A stretch of DNA of 64,000 bases from Tubulanus polymorphus (Eukaryota > Animalia > Nemertea): assembly GCF_964204645.1 (NCBI RefSeq), contig NC_134034.1:9684962-9748961 (forward strand). The letters are read 5' to 3'. Below, piece after piece: positions 48,546-59,709 of the stretch. The position numbers and the translations under genes are program-made. The notes under the pieces were generated by a model that was given only the letters and a program-made list of their open reading frames with translations, made no database searches and was not told the origin of the DNA. Position 1 is the first letter of the stretch; every line of letters starts with the position of its first letter.

Positions 48546-49470
48546 CTGTCAATCTCGGTTAATCCCTATCATATCACTATGGACTGAGCTTTTTAGTACG
48601 GATTAAGTGATATACGGATAACAGATAATTCGTAATTGATACAAATTAACTATTACCCGTATAATATTTAACTATGATTTAAGTGCACAATCCGTATAAT
48701 AGCTGGTTTAGTTATCTCTCAAACCGTGGACAACAGTAGACCCACGTTCTAGCGATCCGTTGGGGGGGGGGGGGGGATAAAAAGTTCATAGCATCCGATG
48801 GTTCATTAGATCCATTTGATATAATTTATACATGAAAAGAAAACACATCCCTCCCCTGGTGTGAACATGGCCGTATAAACTAGATCTATTTAGTTTATAT
48901 CTAGTTTATACTATCTAGTTTATACGTCCATGGTGTGATGAACTAGTTTCAGTAGAGTAAGACTATTTGAAGCCATCGTCATTGAAGCCGCATTGAAGTG
49001 TGTCTTATGTACAGATAACTCACAGGCCATGTACTTGAGGGCGATTCATCTAAGGACTTAAGCTGATTGACAAATGATAGAATCTGTACTGAATATTTAG
49101 TGAAGCTTGAGACTATGACACTGATGGATTAACTGCAGTGTTTTCTGGAGATTCTCATATTTCCTAATGACCACATTAACCTCATAAGATTACAGATGTT
49201 TATGCGTTTTCCACTTCAAGTGTATCGTTCCCCAACCTCCGTATAAATAAATTGGTTCCGTTTTTCAGTAACGTTATTCCCTTTAAAATTATGTGTCTAA
49301 TTCGTACTCCATAATCCGTATTTCACTTATTCCGTAGACAAATGCGCGTTCCCGTTGTCCAATTGATATGTAAATCCTTATGAGTAATCCGTATCAGCTG
49401 ATTATTATCTATTTATACGGAATAAGCACTTAACCGGTTTAACCGGAGACGGATTAACCGAGGTTAACTG
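48546..49470. mobile_element. Degenerate pogo-like non-autonomous element
   Basis: CTCGGTTAATCC / GGATTAACCGAG inverted ends with internal TCCGTA/TACGGA repeats. Confidence 0.45.
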
Positions 49471-49839
49471 TTATAGGTTTGGTATTAGTTTTATAAATGT
49501 TTGATAGATGGCGCTTGTGTAGTATAGTTAATTGATTGCAAATCCTCGACGATGCCGATATTAGAAAATGAATAGTTCAGCGAAATTCCAATAGATGGCG
49601 CTCATGCATAACCAAATAACGGACCTCTAATCCTCTTCAGCTTCCAGCCGTACAGAATCACTTATCATAGAGTGGGTTCGAACCCGAGACATCCTGCTGT
49701 TCATTTTCCGAGTCAATGTCGAAAGGTTCATTCGAAGAAAGCCACAACGCGCTAGATTTTATTTTGAATAAAAAAGCCATTTTTTATTTCATTCACATCT
49801 CAAGTGACTCGACAGAAACCCTCATTTTCCAGCCTCCAA

Positions 49840-49874
49840 TTATAATAACAATAATATTAAACAATATCAATATC

Positions 49875-49926
<52 letters not shown>

Positions 49927-49980
49927 TCAATAATAATAATAATAATGATAATAATAATAATAATAATTATAATAATAATG
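49840..49980. repeat. (AAT)n microsatellite
   Basis: Direct inspection. Confidence 0.9.
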
Positions 49981-50287
49981 ATTCAATTTACACAATGTGA
50001 ATATTTTGTATTCGAATTCTATCGCAGAGATTCTTACAATCAATTAAAAAACAACGATGATGCAAGTTTGACTTGCGAATGGCACGCGTAAAAATCAACC
50101 TGAAAATTATATCCTATATTTAATCAAAAAATGTCGATGATCAATTGATTTCGAATATTAGAAAAGAAGGAAATCACTGGGACCGGTTTCATGTATCGGT
50201 AGGCCCTGTATACGTGTATAAATTTTACTACTTGGTTTTAAATATTCTCTTTTTTTAACCAGGACCCGTCTAAACTATTTCTGCCAG

Positions 50288-50417
50288 GGCTGCAGTTGCT
50301 CAAAAGTTGGTTAGAGCTAACCGGTGGATAGTTGACACGGTGACAATGAAAAGTCTATTGTCGCTATGGTATTTATTCACCGTTTATCTTAACCAACCTT
50401 TGAGCAACTACTGGCCC
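50288..50417. mobile_element. Harbinger-like MITE with CAG TSD
   Basis: CAG on both flanks. Confidence 0.7.
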
Positions 50418-51972
50418 CAGATCTCTAAAATGTTCCTTGAAATTTCATTTCATATATACATATATTTGATTTGCTGGTCGCTATTTTGCGTCGTAGTTCG
50501 AAGGTTGCAAAGCTAATCATTTCATTCCATTAAACCAGGAACCAGTTACACAGACAAAGGGTAGCCCCAAAGGGTAGCCCTAGTAAATATAAACAATCAT
50601 AAGACCAGTCTAAGCCAATCTAGCAACTTTATGTTCCATAGCCAATGTAGACCATTTTTGGGTATATGTAGCTGTGCAACTCGGTCCTGGCTTTCGCTTT
50701 CTAGTAGCAAGGCAAACAGATTGATACCTCATTTCTAATTTCAGCCGAGCTTAAAGTTGACCCGCCAGCCGCCAATCTACCCTGTACATTACCTATTTTA
50801 CAATTACGATCAAGCTAACAATAGCAGACCCGGCAGTTAACATAGAAATGAACTGATTACAAATTTGATCGCAATTTACGAAAGTGACCCGGCTGATTAG
50901 GAGAAACAAGGTATCATTTTCATTAAGCTTAATAACATTTTCTGGATGTATTTGAAAATAACAAATACTATGCGTGCATTGGCAATGCGGCAAGGGGAAG
51001 CAGTGCACTCACTTATTTCTCATATGTATGTATGTATTTGACATTTTTCCCTTGTAGTCAAAGTGGAGTAGACAGCAGAGTGTAACAGAGTAACCTACAA
51101 GATCAGACATCTAAGTCGAGTCGAACGACTTTCACCACAAAACACAATCTTTTCGAGACCGCACCATCGACAAGTATGTACATTTGTACCGCCCCTAACT
51201 CGCGGTTAAACGGGGCCCTGAAAAATCAGTCTTCGTAAAGGATCAAGGCCTGTTGCATAGTCATGGCTTAGACTTAAGATCAGTCTCAGACCAACTTAGT
51301 TCTATAGACAATCTAACAACTTGAGACCAGTCTTAAGATTTATAAGACAATTTTTGGACTTCAGTAACGACTGTGCAACCGGCCCCAGTACCGCAGTGGA
51401 GACTTTAGGTCTTAATCCTTAAGACTTTATCACTAAATTGGTTTTAGACCGGTCTTAAGTCTAAGCCATGACTATGAAACCAGCCCCCGGAAATCATATC
51501 AGTCCGAGCTAGGCGAGGTTAAATCTAATACCGTTTACAATGGCTGATATGTGACTAACGATAAATTTTTTAAAACCCTAAAACCACACGGGCCAGGTAA
51601 GCGCTGTCGAGTCTTAGAGATCGATCTTTTAGTTTCCATAGCCTGGACCCAACTATAGCACAGTCGTGACTTAAGTCAAAAAGAGGTCTTAAATCCTAAG
51701 ACTGGTCTCAAGTTGTTATAGATCATCTATAGAACTAAGTTGGTCTTAGCCTGGTCTTAAGTCTAAGCCATGACTATGCAACCGGCCATTGATTAACTAC
51801 ACCAGACCGGTCTCAACCGTATTCGGTACGGACCAAAGTCATGACAGCGCCATCTGGCCCCGGTTTCTACCAGACATACGTACGCACACGCACACAGGGA
51901 CATCACAGATCATTTCAAAAACTTCATTAGATTGTTGCATGAACTTTTATCAGACAGAAAATGTATATTATA

Positions 51973-52006
<34 letters not shown>

Positions 52007-52256
52007 AGTATGATATAATTTAATATCCGTATTTATATTTCTGATAGTCTGTTTATCGGGCATATTTTATGTGAAGGCACCGTGAACCACCGTGAGCGAG
52101 AATCGAAGGGTAGTAACCGCGGGTTGAGCCCCGCATACACCGAATGCGTCTCCGTTTATGAATGAATTCAGGCGCCCAATCTCACAGTTCCGCCGAAAAC
52201 TGGTCGCGATGGCAAATTGTTCTCAAGACTAAGCACGTCGGAAACAAGAAAGTAAA

Positions 52257-52636
52257 TGTTGAAGTTATTGAGAATGAGAAGTTCGTCATTAGTAACTAAT
52301 CATAATTTTACTGAATCGTTGAATCCATTTAGAATAAGAAGATCATCATTAGTAATTAATTATAATTTTACTGAATCGTTGAATCCATTTAGAATAAGGT
52401 CATCATTAGTAATTAATTATAATTTTACTGAATCGTTGAATCCATTTAGAATAAGAAGGTCATCAAAAGTAATTAATTATAATTCTACTGAATCGTCGAA
52501 TTCATTCAGAATAAGAAGGTCATCATCAGTAATTAATTACAATTTTACTGAATCGTTGAAGTTATTGAGAATAAGAAGGTTGTTATCAGTAATTAATTAT
52601 AATTTTACTGAATGGTTTTTAAGTTATCGCGAATAA
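52257..52636. repeat. AT-rich 60-bp tandem repeat, about 6 copies
   Basis: Unit ...aattaattataattttactgaatcgttgaa...; a single copy also at about 60072-60118. Confidence 0.9.
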
Positions 52637-55481
52637 GGAGGTCGTCTCAAGTAACTAATACTAATGCCAATGATGAAATTTCACTAGTTCTTTGAGAGAG
52701 CAGACGGTTTTTATTTCTCTTCGGTACGAAGTAAAGTCGGATAGAACAGGATCGATTCTCGCTCGAAAGAGTTTCGCTTTTACATGTGATCATCAACTGA
52801 TTGATTGATTGATTGATTGTCATTGCAATACTGACGGCAAGAAATGAGAAAAGAAAAACAAATCAAACAGGATATTCATCATACAACTCATCCATTTTTC
52901 AATTAATACGATAAAACTTTTGATCCAATCTAGATATTATATCTGCAGTTTTTAAATCAAATCCCTTCAGTCGTCATGTGTTCAGTGCTTTACTGGAGAC
53001 ATTTCTAATAAAGTTTCCAGTTTCTAGGCGCCATTTTCTGGCGGTCCCTCGAGGTCCCCATTGTTGCGATGATTTGCGCTCATTTTTAAAACATAAGTTT
53101 AGATTGAATATCATATAGTTCTGCAGTCCCTTGCTCGATGAACTTAAGTTATACAGCATTTTAAAGGAAATGAAATGCAGATATTTGCTGGCGATTCTTG
53201 GAATTTTTGAACGCAACTGAGAACAGTGACGATGTGAGACCAAGGACCGCATATCTTAACCGCGCGTAAAAGAAACCGCAATATCTATTAATTTCGAAAT
53301 ATCGAAGTATCTCTTGAAGCTATATTTCCTATTTTCACATTTCCTATTTGCAGTTTAAGCCTGCATTGAATTTCAGTAAGGTTTTCTGGTCGATGTTTTC
53401 CAGCAAGAAGGTTGAGATTAAACATTTTATCAACACACTTTGGAAAACTGATCACTTCATGTGAGGTCAGTGCAGACATGTTTTATCAAAAATGAACTAA
53501 AAACACCAGAAATCGGTCAGTATAATATCATCGCCCTTCAAAATGATGCACTATATATAATTACGAATGGCTGAAGGAATTGGTTCCAAGCTGCGTATGG
53601 TAAAATGTATTTGTTAATGCGGTAACTCTACGCGCAGTATTCGCGACAAGCTGACGTTTCGAAAGGTCTACAACTCTTCAACCAATCCTGTTTGATTTGT
53701 TTTTTTTTTTCGCCCAATTCGTCGCCGATTTTAATATAAAGATATAATTTCGAAAAAGACACGATACGGCAATATATGAGCACAACGTACACCAGCTGGA
53801 CAAAATGGCGACAATCTTATAAAAATACGTAGAACGAGAGATTGTAAGAAATAATTTCATCAGTAGTAACAATGACAACATTAGATGACGATTACAAACA
53901 ACGATTATTTCTTCTTTTTAACAATGATATCAGACGAAACATTTTTCAACGTGCTCCAAAGCCCAGCTTCACGCTGAAATTCCGAGATTTTTCAAACTCT
54001 CAATGAAATTTGTTCCGTATTTCATTTGTAAATGCGTAGAGTTACTAAAACTTGGTTCTATAGCCAATCTAACGACTTAAAACCGGCCTAAGCTCGTCTC
54101 ATTTTGGTTCATGCTGGTTCTAGAGCCAATTTAACAACTTAAGATCAGTCTAAGCTCACGTTGGTTCAATAACCAATCTCAGGACCGGCCTAAGCTCATG
54201 TTGGTTCTATAGCCCATCTAAGAACTTAGGACTGGTCTAATATTTTGGTTACATAACTAATCTTAACCCTTTAAGACCAGTCTAAACTCATTTTGGTTCC
54301 ATTAATAACCAATCTAACACCAGTCTTAAGACTTAAGACCACTAATGGACTGAAGTTATCACAGTGTCGCTGGGCTTTGGAGAACGTGACAGCTTGATAA
54401 TAAGATCACAAATTACACCTGTAAATTATCGTACAGCTTTGAAGGCGATGGAAACACGATTGTGAAAAAAACAACTCATTTGCGCATATTTTCGCATTAG
54501 TGTAAATGTTGTATAGTAGAAAAACACGTTTTTTTGATTGTCATCGAACATTTGTAAAATATCAGAAATAGCTGATTTTTTTATAAGGCAGAATTTTTCA
54601 ATTGATCAATTAACAAACAACAAGACAAAGCAGAAGAATTTAACGATATAGTGGTCCCCTGATAATCAACATACAATGACTCGTCTATTTATCCCTCTAG
54701 TCGCAAGGCACCTTTAGACGGCCACCTCCATGAATCAACCCCCCCCCCCCCGATGACGTTCTTTAATTTCTATAGTCCCTTCCATAAATCCCCCTATGAC
54801 ATCATCGAACTACCTATAGCACATTGATTGCTTAGACTCATGCTGACAAGATGGGCATTCCATGAAATAAAAAATAACACCTATGACATTACTGAATAAC
54901 CTCTATGACATTACTAAATCACCTACAGAATTGGTCTAGAGATATTCCTCAATTATTCCACCTTTGACATATATTAAGAAGATGTAGTTGTAAGAAGATG
55001 TATTAGGTGTTATTTTTGTGAGGCGCTACTCAGAAATTTTCCAAGTAAAATATACTGTTATTGCTCGTGTGCCGTCTGCTTTTGTCGCCGGGGCTAGTAG
55101 AGTATTTCCGGTAAACACCGAACGAATTCTGAGCACGAAGTCACGAGGAAAATACTGACTCATGAGTGGGCAGAGAGAAGAAGGAGAAGAGAGAGAGGGG
55201 AAGAAGAGAGAGGGAGGGGAGTAGGAGGAAGAGGTCGCGAGAGAAGATATACGTTCGTATTATAAAGATAGCTGTTGGAATGATTCTAAACGTATCAACA
55301 TATTTATCACCGGGTTATTACGCAGTGTCGGGCTCGAGGGCCATAACAGTGTATCATCGGTATAGCGCGCAATGTTTACTGAAATCTATATACATACTGT
55401 AGACTCGACTCAAGCAGGGCTATCAGGAGATTTTCAAACAAAATGTGCGAATCAATCGGTAATCAATGGTAAGACCTATTA

Positions 55482-55885
55482 AGCCTAGCGTACATCGACA
55501 CTGCAATTGGAGACAACTAGTTGCCAGGCAGTTTTCGGTGCATGAGAGCAACTGCTCGAACGTACACTAGATTACGATTGGTTAGCGTCCATCTATCTCC
55601 AGTTCCACCCAGTTGCTCATGTTCTACTTTTGAGCAACTAGTTGCACTCAGTTGCTGTCATATCATTCCATGTTGGCCCTCCATAATCAACAACACATGG
55701 TTGTAACTGACTAAAACAAAGCAATTTGTCACGTGACTTCAGATGCCCTCAAAGATATTTACCAGATCTCAGTTGAGCCACATGAGCCACACAGTTGCTG
55801 TTTTCATTAGATTTTCGATGTGCGCGGGGTACTCGCTCACTAGCAACTAGTTGTATCCAGTCACTATGTCGATGTACGCTAAGCT
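55482..55885. mobile_element. PIF/Harbinger-like MITE with TTA TSD, followed by a partial tandem duplicate to about 56141
   Basis: AGC(C/T)TAGCGTACATCGACA TIRs; TTA flanks. Confidence 0.7.
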
Positions 55886-56142
55886 TTAGTCATCTTCAGG
55901 AATTCCTTCGGGAACTGCTCGAATTTGAAGATGTGCACCAGCTTACGATTGGTTAGCGTCCATCTATCTCCAGTTCCAGCCAGTTGCTCATGTTCTACTT
56001 TTGAGCAACTAGTTGTACTCAGTTGCTGTCATATCCGTCGATGATCAACAACCCATAATCAAGACCACATGACACAAACTAGTTGTCTCCAGTCACTTTG
56101 TCAATGTACGCTAAGCTTTAGTCATCTTCAGGAATTCCTTCA

Positions 56143-56255
56143 GGTTTTCCCAAAGATGAGTATTAGGATATAGTTGAAACGTTGGATAAACTATACTACT
56201 AGCTCAGGGAAACATTATCGGATTTAGTGTTATTGTTATCATTGTGGGATACTCC
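56143..56255 (+). mobile_element. Penelope-LTR-like fragment with mutated hammerhead core
   Basis: Same family as 10078 and 45361; core reads CAAAGA instead of CTGAAGA. Confidence 0.45.
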
Positions 56256-56473
56256 TTAAGCTAAGCCCAAGTCGACTTACGACACGATCATCTCATTGTT
56301 CTATCCTTTTGAAAGTCTTATGACTTAGTCAGAAACTCCCTACAACTTAACAAGTTTTCGTAAATCAAAATGTAAATTTAAGGACTTTTTAAAGGATTAT
56401 TCTTTTGCATCTAAAAAACAACCAATACAGTTTGTCATCAATCGGATATCATAAGGATCATTTACGAATATAC

Positions 56474-56550
<77 letters not shown>

Positions 56551-57523
56551 TATGCATATACATGTACATGTAGATATACATATACATATACATGTAGATA
56601 TACATAATATGATTTTTTGGCACATGGCTTTAGCACAATAAATAACAAGAACAATTCAACAATGACAACGCAAAAATGATAACTTCCTTCGAGGTTTTTC
56701 CAGAAGAAATAAATGGACGATAACATTTACGTCTGGCAGTTAGATAGGCACTTAGATGCATGTAACAGTTCGAACCGGGTTCCATGTACAGGTTCAATGT
56801 GACTGAACCTTGCCATGAAACCTATTGAAAATAATGAACCAATTTTGACTCAAAGAAAATACAAATTTCAACACCATTGCTATGGAACTATGAATCCTGA
56901 ACAAATTCAAAGCAACACAACTGTGTAACTGGATCCAGAGTCAACTTAAACCCACACAACTGTGGAACTGGATCCACAGTCAAATCAAATCCACGCAACT
57001 GTGGAACTGACTGGGTTCAAAGTCAAATATTAAACCCTCACAACTGTGGAACTGGGTTCAGAATCAATTTAAACCCACACAACTGTGGAACTGGGTTCAG
57101 AATCAATTTAAACCCACACAACTGTGGAACTGGGTCCAGCACTGAGTGGAATTCTACCTAGTTTTTTTGGAACGACAGCGCACTCATTTTTAACCGCATG
57201 AATTCTGAAAATTGAGATCATCGCCGATAACGAATCTTACACCCTTCGTTACAAAATATATGACTTTTGGCACAAAACAAGAAAGCACATCACATGAAGT
57301 TACGTAGTTGATTAGTCAGTTGGCGCTTGTGCACGGTTTCTCCCCCCTGATTATTTCAATGAATCATCAGTTAAACAAATTCCTGACAATAAACGACCAA
57401 TGAATCGGAACTAATGGCGTTCTACCCTGATATGAGAGGAAATTTCCGAGAACGACAACTCAAGAATTGGCGCGACATTTTTCGTAGTTATCTTGATTTG
57501 GGTGCACAAAATTTAGAATTCAG

Positions 57524-57791
57524 GGGCCGGTTCGATGGACAGGGCTTAGACTTAAGACCGCTCTAAGACAAAATTAGTTCTTTAGCCAATCTAACAACTT
57601 AAGACCGGTCTGGAGGTTTAAGACCTGGTCTTAAGTCACAACTATGGAACCGGCCCCAGGGGCTGCAGTTGCTCAAAAGTTGGTAAGAGTTAACCAGTAG
57701 ATAGTTGCCATAGTGACAATTAGAAGTTCATTGTTACTATGGTATTTATCCGCCGGTTATCTTTAACCAACTTTTGAGCAACTGCTGGCGC
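57524..57791. mobile_element. Two different Harbinger-like MITEs joined through a shared CAG
   Basis: CAG-[57524-57656]-CAG-[57660-57791]-CAG. Confidence 0.7.
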
Positions 57792-58120
57792 CAGAAGTTA
57801 CTCGGAAGATGCTCGGAACTTTTGGGCGAAAACAACGCGCGATTCGAACGATCACTAAGCAACAACACAATCACATGACAATCTCCCCTCCCCACTGGTG
57901 GCAGCTGCATTAAGCTCAATCACATGATATAGAACATGACTTTTCACTTGAACACCCCCTAGTGGCAGCTACATTAAACGTGATCGCACGATTCATAAGC
58001 GATGATATGGGACAATCTAGAGAAACTGGCCTGGAAACTTGACCCATTGTACACCGCACAGTACATCAGTATCTGTGAACCTTTACTTTGAACATAAACA
58101 ATACACATTTACATACATAG

Positions 58121-58177
<57 letters not shown>

Positions 58178-59473
58178 AAAGTAAATAAAAGTAAAACACA
58201 CATTCTGATGCAGATAATGATAATTATTATCGTTAAAATTTTAATCAAATATATTATTAATCATTATTTACAATTTCATCACATTCGGTAATAAGATAGA
58301 ATTTCAGGATTGGCAGTAGTTCTATACACTACTAGGCTTGCTATGATTTAAAGGGTTGAATGGGATTTTCAAACCTGACCCGTCGAACCTTATCCATGAT
58401 TATATCCCGGACAGAGAACGTTCTAAGACCGGGTTTCGAATGCTAGCCCGGCCCGTATCGGCTTAGATTGGAATCCTGACATGTAAACTGGGATTCTAAG
58501 ACTGTCCGAAGTTTTAACACTTACAGATCAGTTTCCCACTCTGTGCTACATGTGAACAATTCCACCACGGTGCGGTGTAAAATGGACATAACTTTAGCTC
58601 TACTCCGCAGTGTCATGTATTACAGATATACTGCTATGTTACTTTTACTGCACAGTGCAGTGTATAACAGATGTACCTCCATATTGCATTTACCCCGCAA
58701 AGCGGTGTATAACTGACATAGCGTGTTATTGCGTTTACCCTGAACTGCGGTGTATCATTATTTACTAATGTTCCACTGTTGGGCAGCAAGAGATTTTAAC
58801 TAATTAACAATAACATCGATACGCCGTACCGTGGGGTGGAGGTAATACGGAGTGGGTGGTAGTCAAAGTACTGAAAGTGTGAGTAGTCAAAATTACCAGA
58901 GAGTCCGGACTTGATTCTGATAACAGCCGACTACCTCGTACGGGATATACCGTCGTTGCTAGTCTTTTTTACGTCTCGCAACCTAAACCGGGTTTAAATC
59001 GTTTCCTACACCGTAAAAACGTAACGACTTTGTAACATATATCATACGCGGGACGGACGGACGGACAACTCTGATTTACCCTTTTAATAATAACACGATT
59101 TGAAAAAAAAACAAACGTAAAATAATTTACCCCAAGATTTATCGCATGTCGCGCGTGATATGTTAGACATATACATATTTACAATATACTTATAATCGAA
59201 AAGTTTTTCACTTTCAGTTTTCAACACGTTTCAGTTATCATTACGATCGGGAAAGGAACCAGGGGCAAGATCTGAACGTCTCGTCAAATATTTCGAGGGT
59301 GCGTTAATAAGCGCAAAAACAGAATTCGAGCAGCACCCTTTTCGACATAGCATACCAGAATCTTCGAGGGAAAGTTACGGAACTCTCACGTGGACCCCTG
59401 GATCCGCCAGCGATAATTTTTCGAATACCTACACACCGAACGAACCGCTTCCTTCCTAAAGCGGAAACATGCG

Positions 59474-59709
59474 TTAATGCAGATCGAAATATTCGCTGAG
59501 CAGCGGAGGTAACGATTTCCGTTGTATGCTTAGACTTTTTAACACTTTGCTGTGTTCGTCGCTGAGCGTTCGAAGGTCGGTTAATTTCATAAGCAGACGC
59601 GCGAACGCCGGATACCGGCGCTGCTTCGCGTCGACGTAAGCGCGTAATGTCTTCAGGTAAACTTGTTGGAATTTTTCGACTTTTCGAATGTCTTCAACCC
59701 CGGGTCGCT
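59474..59709 (-). CDS. EcR: NR1H LBD terminal exon with AF-2
   Basis: RPG...[11 protein letters not shown]. Confidence 0.9.

Noticed and set aside
51058-51173. Exon-like segment with a good acceptor and donor in the gene-free region
   Set aside because: Stops in all three frames; a lncRNA exon cannot be supported without transcript data.
53650-53690. Minus-strand TTGAAGA...CGAAACGTC hammerhead-like motif (similar ones at about 8712 and 37282)
   Set aside because: Core or stems are too degenerate to call.
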